Shown in pieces: positions 41,725-52,612 of a DNA stretch of 64,000 nucleotides. The DNA lies in contig NC_043000.1 in the NCBI RefSeq assembly GCF_006345805.1, forward strand, positions 48,484,001-48,548,000, written 5' to 3'. The position numbers were made by a program, and so were the translations under genes. This stretch comes from Octopus sinensis. Lineage: Eukaryota. The notes under the pieces are model-generated. The model ran no database searches, was not told the DNA's origin, and saw only the letters and a list, made by a program, of their open reading frames with translations. Every line of letters starts with the position of its first letter. Position 1 is the first letter of the stretch.

Positions 41725-44704
41725 TTATATATAAAAATTCAAAACAACTCAATCCAAAACTACTATTTTCGTTGGTCTGCGTTGTGTTTCTACAGTCAGT
41801 ACATCCACCTCTTCTCATTCTTCTCACACTCTTAACCTAATATTGTATTACATTTTCCCCTATAATCCTTCCTTTCTTGCCTTCAAATCTCTAAAATTCC
41901 CTTTTTCTAACGAATCTGTTTCAACTGCCAAGTTCTATTTGAACATTAACTTTATCAATGCAATCCCTATTGAAGGGCAAGCTAATTTTAGAAGCTTTCC
42001 TTCTCCTTTTCGGTGTAATTAAGAACAAAATTGTTTATCTGAAAATACGAGTTACAACAACCAACACCATCACCACCAGCACTACTATAACAACAGCAAT
42101 AAGATAAATTTTATTACTAATAGTATATTTAGACAGAACATCAAAGAATTTGAAGAATACAAACAGAAAAAGAGTTTTAAATCTTGTTGAAATTTTCGAC
42201 GTAAGCTAAATAAATATGAAATAAGAGAAACCAAGATTCTCTGTGTGATACTGGACTACCATAATTTTTTTATGAGCTTGGGTGAACAGTCTGCTGGGAG
42301 CATATTCTCCTAACCATTTTTATATGGTGATGCACTTGCTTTATAATTTAATTTCATTTGCCTTGACTAATGATTACATATTAAATTATATGTAATAAAT
42401 AAAGTCAATTATGTCCGGCATTTAGTTATAATCAAAGCATGGGGAAACCGTGAAGTTCCACTATAGTGACATCAAATTTTATTTTCTCGTAGTCTTGGAA
42501 ATAAAATCGTTCACTTATAAGTGTTTCGATGCATCTTTGTCTTTAATGTAGTTTTCACTTTAGTTGCTAATTAATAAAAATTCTTGCCAAGTTTTTCCTT
42601 GTCCTCTACGTGCATCTTTGCTCCGTAATGCTATTCTCTCAAAATTCAATCTTTTAGTAAGTAGCATTATCATTTTGATACAATGCCATCGCGTGAACTA
42701 TGGAATAACATACAGATTAATCTTCATTACATTTATTCCTGGATATACACTTTCACGACTTCTGTGTAAATTTATAACGTCATCTGCAACGCAGATACAT
42801 TTTCTCTTGGTAATGAGCCAGGATTCGCCATTAATAACATATTAATGGAGGAAATAAAACAAAATCATTATGTATACATACCCATCATAGGAGGTGTATA
42901 TTTACTTTGATATACAGAAATGGACATGTACACATTCAATGCATCTTTGTAGCTACGTTAACTACGCAACACAGTAAACTATAATCCATCAATAAGTGAT
43001 TTATACTTATCTTAAGCCAGATTAATTCCGGGTTTGGTACATTTGTTATAATGGCTCTTGGTTTCTAGTCGAAAATAAAATCTCAGTCATGCTCTGGAAT
43101 TACTTTCAATGTTTCCATATTAACAATATCTCAAACTAAAGTGCATCAATAAATTCTGTTTGTTTATTTTTGTTTTGTCTTGCTTTTTTTTTTACCACGG
43201 CATTCATGCTAGCGATTATGATGATGCATTTTGTATCTGCTCTCTTTCGTTGTATTGTTTTCCATTTTAATTTTCTTAGTTTATGCCTCATTTAAATACT
43301 TCCGGCGTTTCTTATTGATGTTTCACATTTTGTGTTAATGAGAGTTCATCCTTAGAAATGCTGAAAGGGTTATTAAAAGTAAACTTTCATAGATATCTAA
43401 CAAAGACAGATAATTTAGTTGCATGTAAACAACTGGTATTAAAATATACTATGGAAATTATACAGAATGACTTTAATTGCTATTTCTATAAAATGTCTAA
43501 ATTATCCAAAGAAAGTTGAGTAATCGAATATTTAAGAGGATGTATGAACTGTTCATCAATTCTTTTACTTTCTTTAGTGATACTATTAACTACATTAATG
43601 GCTGATATACTCTCGTTCCAACTAGGCTCTGCTGACAGTAAACACTGATAAATTACTATACTGAAAGTAAACAGCAAAACATAACCGAAAATATTACTAA
43701 ATAAGAAATCACTTAAGTTTGAAAAAACAACAACACGTAATCGATATGAATCGATATGTGTAGAACAACAGCAAATTAAATACTTCAAAACATTTCTTCA
43801 AAGGGCAAAAAATAAAGAAATTAATTATTATAGGCAAACTTAATCTGGAGTATAAAACGTCAAAGAAGTAATATCTTTGTGTCAAATTTACATAGGGATA
43901 AAGTAGTCTACTCTATCATGAGACTATTCTATAATGGCCCGACTATTTAGAATTATATTTAGCGTGCTAGACTAAATAGAAAACTTATGAAATAAACTGG
44001 AAAACCCCATAAAATGCAAAGTTTCATATATTTTTAGTTAGATTGGCATTCCCTTAAATAGATGTAAACATTTGGCTCTGTGTTCAAGGTACAAATTGAT
44101 GAATATGAATTTATCAAACGATTTTGTTTCAGATTGTTGCTGACTTGAAGAAATTTCAACTTGTTTAACTAACTTAAAGACTGAATAAGTCGGAGTCACT
44201 TTATTTATGCATTATATATACTTCCAGTATCTCTTTAGGTTTGGGGGAGATCAAGACTATAATCAATACAAATTCTAGTAAATATTCAATCACATCATTT
44301 ACTTATCCCAAGTTAAAAGCAATTAACCATTCTATTACTAAACACCTTAGTATAACAGGCTCAAACAGATATTCTTGAATTCTTATTTATTTCCTCGTCT
44401 TCTTCCTATTTCTATGTGTTCTATCTGAGACAATTTTAATGTTAACAAACGATTCGAAAACTACTCGACGTACATTGCTTCTCTTTACCTGGACTTAACT
44501 ATAATTTATAAAAACCATTCTAAATAAATGGATAGTTTATATTTAAGCCTTCTTTACTTTGCAATCTTCAAACTTTTGCATGATAAAAGTCATGAGTAAT
44601 TCGTTGCCGTATATTGAACTTCTTTCTAATAATTGTCTGAGAATTTAATATCTTATCTCTTATCGACAGCTAATAAAGTAAGAAATCCTCATAAGTGTGC
44701 ACGA

Positions 44705-45001
44705 CATGTATATATGTATGTGTGTGTATATATATATGTGTGTGTGTATGTATGTAATTATGTATGTATATATATATATGTATGTATATATATATATATA
44801 TATGTATGTATATATATAGGTATATATATATATATGTATGTATTTATGTATATATATATGTATGTATGTATGTATATATATATATGTATGTATGTATATA
44901 TATATATATAATATATATATATGTATGTATATATGTATGTATATATATATATGTATGTATATATATATATGTATGTATGTATGTATATATATGTATATAT
45001 A

Positions 45002-45035
<34 letters not shown>
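44705..45035. repeat. Degenerate (TA)n/(TATG)n microsatellite
   Basis: Directly visible; abuts the retrozyme-like array. Confidence 0.95.
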
Positions 45036-45036
<1 letters not shown>

Positions 45037-45228
45037 ACAATGATAACTATCAAAGTAGCAGTAGCGGTAACACATCGTGACGTATATTTGCCATCTCAAT
45101 ATGGCTACCCCTAAGGGTGGATGCTACTGTAGTTTTTAGCCCCAGGAGGACACACTCCTCCAGCTGGCCATAGACACAGAAAGTGTGTCCTGTCAGTATT
45201 TGCAAAGGGAAGTCATCCTTCCCGTCTT

Positions 45229-45298
45229 CAACTTATGATACACACGGACTCGAGTTTCGAGGTATTGACCTCTCGTCAGCGTGTGACAATCATAGTTG
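45229..45298 (-). ncRNA. Type I hammerhead ribozyme (intact)
   Basis: Exact reverse complement of 45724-45793; predicted cleavage between 45247 and 45246. Confidence 0.9.
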
Positions 45299-45723
45299 TC
45301 GGCGAGAATTAGATTTCCTTCACAAATACTTATACTTTTTCCAGCGTCCACTGTCGCTGATATTGAAAAAGTGAAATCAAACAATGATAACTATCAAAGT
45401 GAGTTATATACAGTAGCGGTAACACATCGTGACGTATATTTGCCATCTCAATATGGCTACCCCTAAGGGTGGATGCTACTGTAGTTTTTAGCCCCAGGAG
45501 GACACACTCCTCCAGCTGGCCATAGACACAGAAAGTGTGTCCTGTCAGTATTTGCAAAGGGAAGTCATCCTTCCCGTCTTCAACTTATGATACACTTATA
45601 TACCGCTACTGTATATAACTCACTTTGATAGTTATCATTGTTTGATTTCACTTTTTCAATATCAGCGACAGTGGACGCTGGAAAAAGTATAAGTATTTGT
45701 GAAGGAAATCTAATTCTCGCCGA

Positions 45724-45793
45724 CAACTATGATTGTCACACGCTGACGAGAGGTCAATACCTCGAAACTCGAGTCCGTGTGTATCATAAGTTG
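45724..45793 (+). ncRNA. Type I hammerhead ribozyme (intact)
   Basis: Stem I CACACG/CGTGTG extended by CAACT-ATGAT/ATCAT-A-AGTTG; core CTGACGA (45743-45749); stem II GAGGT-CAAT-ACCTC; GAAA (45764-45767); short stem III in palindrome ACTCGAGT; GTC cleavage triplet ending at 45775. Confidence 0.92.
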
Positions 45794-46011
45794 AAGACGG
45801 GAAGGATGACTTCCCTTTGCAAATACTGACAGGACACAGAAAGTGTGTCTATGGCCAGCTGGAGGAGTGTGTCCTCCTGGGGCTAAAAACTACAGTAGCA
45901 TCCACCCTTAGGGGTAGCCATATTGAGATGGCAAATATACGTCACTATATATATATATATATATATAAAGGCACCGCATACATATACATACATGTGCGTG
46001 AGTTGTGTGTA

Positions 46012-46050
<39 letters not shown>

Positions 46051-46546
46051 TCTAACATCAATGACTTGTTTTTCGCAAATGTAGATCTGTCATTGACAAA
46101 GCAGAAAATTTATTGCTTGCTATTGTTAACATTAATGGTCTAGTGTTTCATGTTAGATTCAAGAGTTGGTAAAGAGAGTCTGTAAATAGAAGAGCAAAGT
46201 GACTTAACAATTATTCTTGTTTCGGTATTATAAATGCAGTTAACTCCAATATTGTCGTTATTCTATAATCACAGGGTTTTCTTTTATAATACAGCCGTTC
46301 ATGTTGCTGAGATTGTCTTTCTAACTACACTAAGTTCTCTTCGCAGTATCTGTCAGTCTGTCAGACAAAATTTGAAGTATATCAAAAAGTTTTCCTTGTG
46401 GTCTTTCAGGGTACAATGCAAATTTCGTTTACTTAGACATCCTGTCTTATTATCTAACGTTAGCGTGGCTGCTAAAAGATTTACCACACTGTTTTTTTAA
46501 TTATAGCTATTTTTGCTTATTTTCCTTCTGGTTTGTATTATATATA

Positions 46547-46754
46547 TAAAGTTAATCCAAACATGAAAACACAAAGAGAAAACACAGCAAAGCGAGGACG
46601 TGGAACAAGTATAGTGTTATTGGACGCTCAAGGAAGTGAAGAAAGAAGGATTTAACGTTTCGAGCGGAGCTCTTCGTCAGAAACATAGACAAAGAAAAAG
46701 TCTAAGAAAGGGAAGACAGAGGAAAAAATCGTCAACGATACACACGCGGTCACA
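46547..46754 (-). mobile_element. Penelope pLTR-like repeat with a minimal hammerhead core (46648-46685)
   Basis: Minus strand CTGACGA A GAGC TCC GCTC GAAAC GTTA, with palindromic AACGTT; stem I weak. Bounded by (TA)n and (TATG)n; downstream sequence resembles 40290-40345. Confidence 0.65.
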
Positions 46755-48102
46755 TGTATAAAGTATGTATGTATGTATGTATGTATGTATGTATGTATGT
46801 ATGTATGTATGTATGCATGCATGCATGTATGTATGTATGTATGTATGTTTGTATGTATGTACGTACGTATAGACAGATAGATAGATAGATAGATAGATAT
46901 ATAGGGAGTGAGAGAGAGAGAGAGAAATACACGAATTTGTGCAGGAAATTATTCCTTTTACGCTTAAACTTATTTCCTCAGAAATTCTACTTGGAATAAA
47001 CTGATATTTTTGTCATGTAGGGTACATCATGTTTTCTCAGTCCAAAAATGTTTGCAGTTAAGTTATTATTGTTGTTTTCGAAAAAGTCTACGTTGTGGCT
47101 CATTGATTCCAATCGTATCCAAAGACTCAGACTACATTAATGTGACATTATCAATAATATGTATCTTTCATTTGTATGCTGAATTAGTACATCAACGCGA
47201 ATCCATATAATAACTCATTTAAAATCTGCATTATATCAATTATCGCTCACAGTATTATATGTCTTGTGACTTTTGTTTTATCTCCATTGGAAATGTGGGT
47301 GGAATATCAGTTCTACGCTTGGTACTAACAGAACTAGTAGTAGCATCGATTTTGGCAAGTCAGATAATCAGCTATTTTTCATAAGACATACTTTATACTT
47401 TTAACGATGTAAGCTGTTAGTAACAGATATGAATAGGTGTGCATTTACGTTTGAAGAAAAATCTGGCAAATCGACATATAAAGGTCAACAGAGTGGTCAA
47501 GCGCAACGTTGCTTCATTATTATCAATAGATCATTGAATTGTATTATCGATTATTGAGACATTCCAATATATAAATATATACAAGCAATGAAAAACATAA
47601 CATGTGTATAAATACAAGCACACACATATATACACGCATGTATAAATCTATGGTATATTGCGTGTATCATTACAAAGCATCATTACAAAATAATCCTTCT
47701 CTTTTGGAACATTTTATACTGCTCTTTCATTATTGATAAATGGAAGGGATTTATGGATAACATCATTAGATGAAAATTTGTTCAATGAATTGCTTTAAAA
47801 TTACTCACATTTTATGTTCGGATATGATTTATCTCAAATTATGATGCATCAACGATATTTAACTCATATTTGTGTATCCGAGTGAAGTGAATACATATCA
47901 GTACAAGCAAAGGTGAATACCACTGACATTACCATTTTTCCAAACTCAAATTTACCGATTTATATTCTCAGGTAAAATATATATAAATACTTGGTTATGT
48001 AAAGTACTTAGAAAGATCTCTATTTTGAGCCGCGCACTTTGATATATTTTAATAAGGATGCTTCCTCCGAACTTACATTGATAGTTTAAACACCAATACA
48101 GT

Positions 48103-48513
48103 ATATAATTCTCAAAGAGAAAATATTTATCCTCACTTAACGGTGGATGTTCTATAAGAACAAACTAATATATATTTCTTAACAAATCCTCTAGCTAATC
48201 GCGATACCAGTACCTGTCCTGGCACTGATTTTTATATATCATTGGCGGGGAGATGAGTTGCTGCTATTTCTAGTGGTCGAGCGGCCATCATTGATGAAAC
48301 CAAGGAAGGTAAAACTCACATGATCTGGTGGACTCGGCGCTGGACAAGGTGGGGGTTTATCTCACCGCCAGCGATATAATCATTTTGTACTATATAAGCA
48401 TTTTGTAGCCTATATGAGGGTTTCTCTCATAGTAACTATCGCAGTATAGTTTGTTCCAACAGAACATCCTGGTTTAAGTGGGGATATATATTATCTCTCA
48501 GCAATATTATATA
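48103..48513. mobile_element. Decayed fold-back/long-TIR MITE
   Basis: Outer arms 48103-48170 and 48445-48513 (ATCCTCACTTAAC..GGATGTTCT...GAACAAACTA); inner arms 48235-48254 and 48359-48378. Confidence 0.65.
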
Positions 48514-49276
48514 TTAGCTGTCGCTAATATATAATTCTCAAATATTACTTTTTCTTGACATTTGTTCAAAAGAATCTGATTGATATAGTATTATATATCG
48601 ATTAGGTCAACAACCTATGATCGCAAAATATAATCATCAAACCTGCTGACCGCATTAAACGAAGCCCTGCCAATATGTAAGTTCAAAAAAGCAAAATATT
48701 TCTTAATGAATGTCATTATACAAATACGTTTGTGAACGTTTTATTTTCTGTCAATGGGTGGTGTCTCTTATAATATTTGTTTTGCTTCTAGAATAGTTTG
48801 CTTTCTTTATGCTATCTTAGCATCATGTGCAATCTTGGCAGCCAGCGCTTTTCTGTTCATAATGGCTTAAACACGTATTAAACGGTTAATTCAATTGGAC
48901 ATAGATTTTTAACTATGTCAATCCGATTAAAAATTGTATTAATGTTCCTTCTATTTGAACAAATGTATTTAGATTTTCACATTATTATGCACAGACTACG
49001 ATTGTTTAATACTAATAATAACAACAACAACAACAAAAGCAATAATATTAAAGGATAAGAAGAAGAAGAAGAAGAGTAACAATATCAACAACAATAATAT
49101 ACAAGAAATTTATGTATAATAGAAGACCATTTACTGATGGGGAGCTGAATACTTATAACAGCCAAATTTATTATAAAACTGGTTTTCACTGCGACTCAGG
49201 TTCGCCAAATCTCTTTCCTTCTGGCTTTGCTATCTCGCTTTATCTAATATATATTTATATAATGTAAAGTATAGAA

Positions 49277-49381
49277 GCCATCTGATCATGGCTAACCACA
49301 TTGCGGAGGGGGTGTTACTGTAGCTTTATAGCCCCAAGAGATCGTCGTCTCTAGCTGGCTTTAGACACAATATCAGTGCCC
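49277..49381 (-). ncRNA. Unassigned multi-hairpin motif homologous to part of the retrozyme unit
   Basis: Colinear with 45090-45190; conserved linkers and altered but still pairing stems. Strand inferred from the hammerhead sense of the homologue. Confidence 0.6.
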
Positions 49382-49471
49382 TTGGACAATCTCATTCTGA
49401 GATTTAATTATGCATATTTATATATATATTTATATATATATATATATATTATATATATATATATATATATA

Positions 49472-49530
<59 letters not shown>

Positions 49531-50382
49531 TGAGTGTGTGTATGTATCTATATATATATACACATATATGGGTACAGGATGTCACCAACTGTGCAAACAA
49601 TATGAAATACGTAAAAACAGGACAAATAAACACAGAGAAAGGACCCTTCATCAGTTGTCAGGTGTCTATCTACTCCTCATTTCGAGCATTCAACGTCAAT
49701 ACATACATACATACATACGTACGTACATATATACATACATCATTTATTATTATTATTTAATTGAAGGCCACGCATCCATTTCCAAGTATGTATATATATA
49801 TATATATATGTTTCAGTCATTAGACTGTCACCATGCAGGGGCAACATCTGGAAGGGTTTAGTAAAAAAAAACAAAAGAAAATGTACTTAGTTTTTAACTC
49901 TGGTACTTATTTTATCAGTCTCTTCTCTCGAATCACTAACTCACAGGGACGAAAGAGACCAACAAAAGTTGCCAAGCTGTGCTGGGGGGGGGGGGGGTAG
50001 ACAGAATCCCCAAAAGGCACATACGCATATATAAATATATGTAAATAAACACACACAAGCATATGTAAGCATTTATGTATGTGTTAATGTATAATGTCAT
50101 ACAGTATAGATATATACATATTCATATACTTCTATATGTATATATTTTAATGTGTGCGTTTGTGTTTGTTTGTGTGTGTATGTGCGCGCGCGCATTGTGG
50201 AATTGATATTGATGTGAGTATAGTGTAATCCACTTTCTAATTAGTAGATTACTTTTGCCTGTAAAAGTCGAGAGTTCGTTCGCAAGATGGCACTTACACA
50301 TTTACATATGTGACCACGTCTGTATCTCATTTGTGTGTGTATATGGCAGCCAATGGAACTTCTGAGTGATTTTGTCTACCCA

Positions 50383-50721
50383 TTCGACACAAGTACTTAT
50401 TTATCTCTAAGCTTGGTACTTATTCTATCAGTCTCTTTTGCCGAACCGCAAAGTTACGGGGACGTAACCACACCAACATCAGTTGTCAAGCGATGGTGCA
50501 CCGACAAACACAGACACAGACACACAAAGACATACACACACACACATATATATATATACGACGGGCTTCTTTCAGTTTCCGTCTACCAAATCTACTTAAA
50601 AGGCTTTGGTCGGCCTGAGGCTATAGCAGAAGACACTTGTCCAAGGTGCCACGCAGTGGGATTGAATCCGGACCCATGTTGTTGGGAAGCAGGCTTTTTA
50701 CTACACAGCCACTCCTGCGCC
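50383..50721 (-). mobile_element. SINE family B
   Basis: Colinear with 39300-39617. Confidence 0.88.
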
Positions 50722-51362
50722 TATATGAACGAATCTGAAACTTGGTTTCATATACTATAGAACCATCAGAGTCCAGCTATAATTTTGATTGTCCTTCACA
50801 TTCACTCAGTCTCTTGGTGGAATGTGATTTCTTTCGGGATACAACTATTTAGATATTATCCTTTTTATTGATTGCTTCAAACATCTTCTGTTCTTTCTTA
50901 TAATTAAGATATTTATTTGTCTACTTAATGATATTTCGCCAAAATTGCATCATTATCCATAATATACTGTAGACTATATATATGTTTCGATTTGCTTACA
51001 CTGCACGTAGCTGACAACAATTTCGTATGTAATCCAGTCATTAGCGAAACTAACGTCTTTTCTTTCCTTTCCAATCTCAATTAAACTGCTAGAAAGTCTG
51101 AATAATCAATAATTGCACATGATATTTAAACCAGAATTTACGAGTTTAATATACAAGATATAATGTAAATGTAATATAGCAAACATAATTTGATAGAAGA
51201 AATTGTCAATATTAACGAAACTACTGCAAAATATAATAATGTATGAGTTTCCCCAAGAAATGAAACTGCATTCATATTGCGCTCTGTGAATGTAATTTCG
51301 CTTTTTACTCGCACATCGCACACATACAAGCACATACACACACATGAACGCATGCATACATA

Positions 51363-51437
<75 letters not shown>

Positions 51438-52260
51438 CATTCATAAGCATGCACATAAATTTCTCGAATTATTAGAAAGATCAACTCTGTCTTTTTTCAA
51501 TGAGTACACACACCCACACACACACTCACATACACACACACTCTCTCACACACACACACACACACTCCCACACACATACATATACGTACATATATGCACA
51601 CGCACACATATATTGTTTAGGTATTGATGCTCATAAACATATCAAGCCGAAATTTATTCCTATGTTTCCTACTGGTTGTTATGATTAATGTGTCTGATAA
51701 AACAAAAATGCGATGAGAAAGAAAAGAAGCTATTCCAGAATTGTTTGATGATTCCCAGCTACAGCACAATTATTCATTCTGTTGATGATTAATTAATTTT
51801 GACTGTTTTATGTTTTGTCTTTTCAGACTCCACTTAATGCTATTTCTAACTTTAATAGGAACATATTAATACTTTGTTGTCATCTAAATACTAAACTACG
51901 TTTAGTAGTTCATATTTCATTTAAAAGAAACTGCCTTGGTTACCAATGGAATAAAAGAGTAAGTTTGGTTATTTCCACAATTTGCAACATCAAGAAATAA
52001 CCACATAGAAGTTAGTTAATGTTATTCTCTGATCCAACATTGCGGGAGGAAATATTCCGACAGTGTCTGTTTTAAAGTTATCATGGGAAGTATAGTTTTA
52101 ACAGTTGCTTGCTGGGTGTATAGTATTTAGTTAACTATATAGAAATATTTGTAAAATCGTAAAATCATTGACTGGTGCTGAAATTAGTAAGATGAATTAG
52201 AAAGTTAATTATGTTTAGCAGAACCAATAACAAACAAATTTACTAAATAAAACTCATAGA

Positions 52261-52362
52261 TTACTCTTTTACTTGTTTCAGTCATTTGACTGTGGCCATG
52301 CTGGAGCACCGCCTTTAGTCAAGCACATCGACCCCAGGACTTATTCTTTGTAAGCCTAGTAC
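52261..52362 (-). mobile_element. SINE family B, 3' end only
   Basis: TTACTCTTTTACTTGTTTCAGTCATTTGACTGTGGCCATGCTGGAGCACC. Confidence 0.85.
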
Positions 52363-52402
52363 TCTAGGAATGATTATTATCTGAAATAAATTATAAAATA
52401 AC

Positions 52403-52612
52403 CGGCTGGCAGAATTGTTATCACGCCGAGCAAAATGCTTAGCAGCGTTTCTTTCGGCTTTACATTTTATTCTCAAATTCCGCTGAGGTTGATTTCAGCT
52501 CTTATCCCTTCGGGATCGACAAAATAAAGTACCAGTTGAGCACTGGGGTCAATGTAGTCGACTATCCCCCTCCCTCAAAATTTTTGGTCTTGCACCATCA
52601 ATAGAGAATTAT
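52403..52612 (+). mobile_element. SINE family A variant, diverged
   Basis: GCTGGCAGAATTGTTATCACGCCG...AATAAAGTACCAGTTGAGCACTGGGGTC with the alternative CCCCCTCCCTCAAAATTT tail. Confidence 0.8.

Larger units (their letters stand above)
45036..45945. mobile_element. Retrozyme-like element: 352-bp unit, ~1.6 tandem copies plus an inverted near-monomer
   Basis: Period of 352 bp (GTGACG at 45077 and 45429). 45601-45945 is the reverse complement of 45077-45421 (identical 63-aa spurious ORFs on opposite strands confirm this). Contains hammerheads; flanked by (TA)n. Confidence 0.85.

Noticed and set aside
45193-45829. Identical 63-aa ORFs on opposite strands
   Set aside because: They result from the inverted repeat, use non-ATG starts, overlap the ribozyme and show no recognisable domain.
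49290-49315. GCGGAGGGGG resembling a twister ribozyme 3' segment
   Set aside because: The other twister elements (UAA cleavage strand with pseudoknot partner, P4 loop) are absent; better explained by the shared four-hairpin motif.
49640-49695. Minus-strand GAAA ... CTGATGA, a possible type II hammerhead
   Set aside because: I could not build stems I and III around an NUH triplet.
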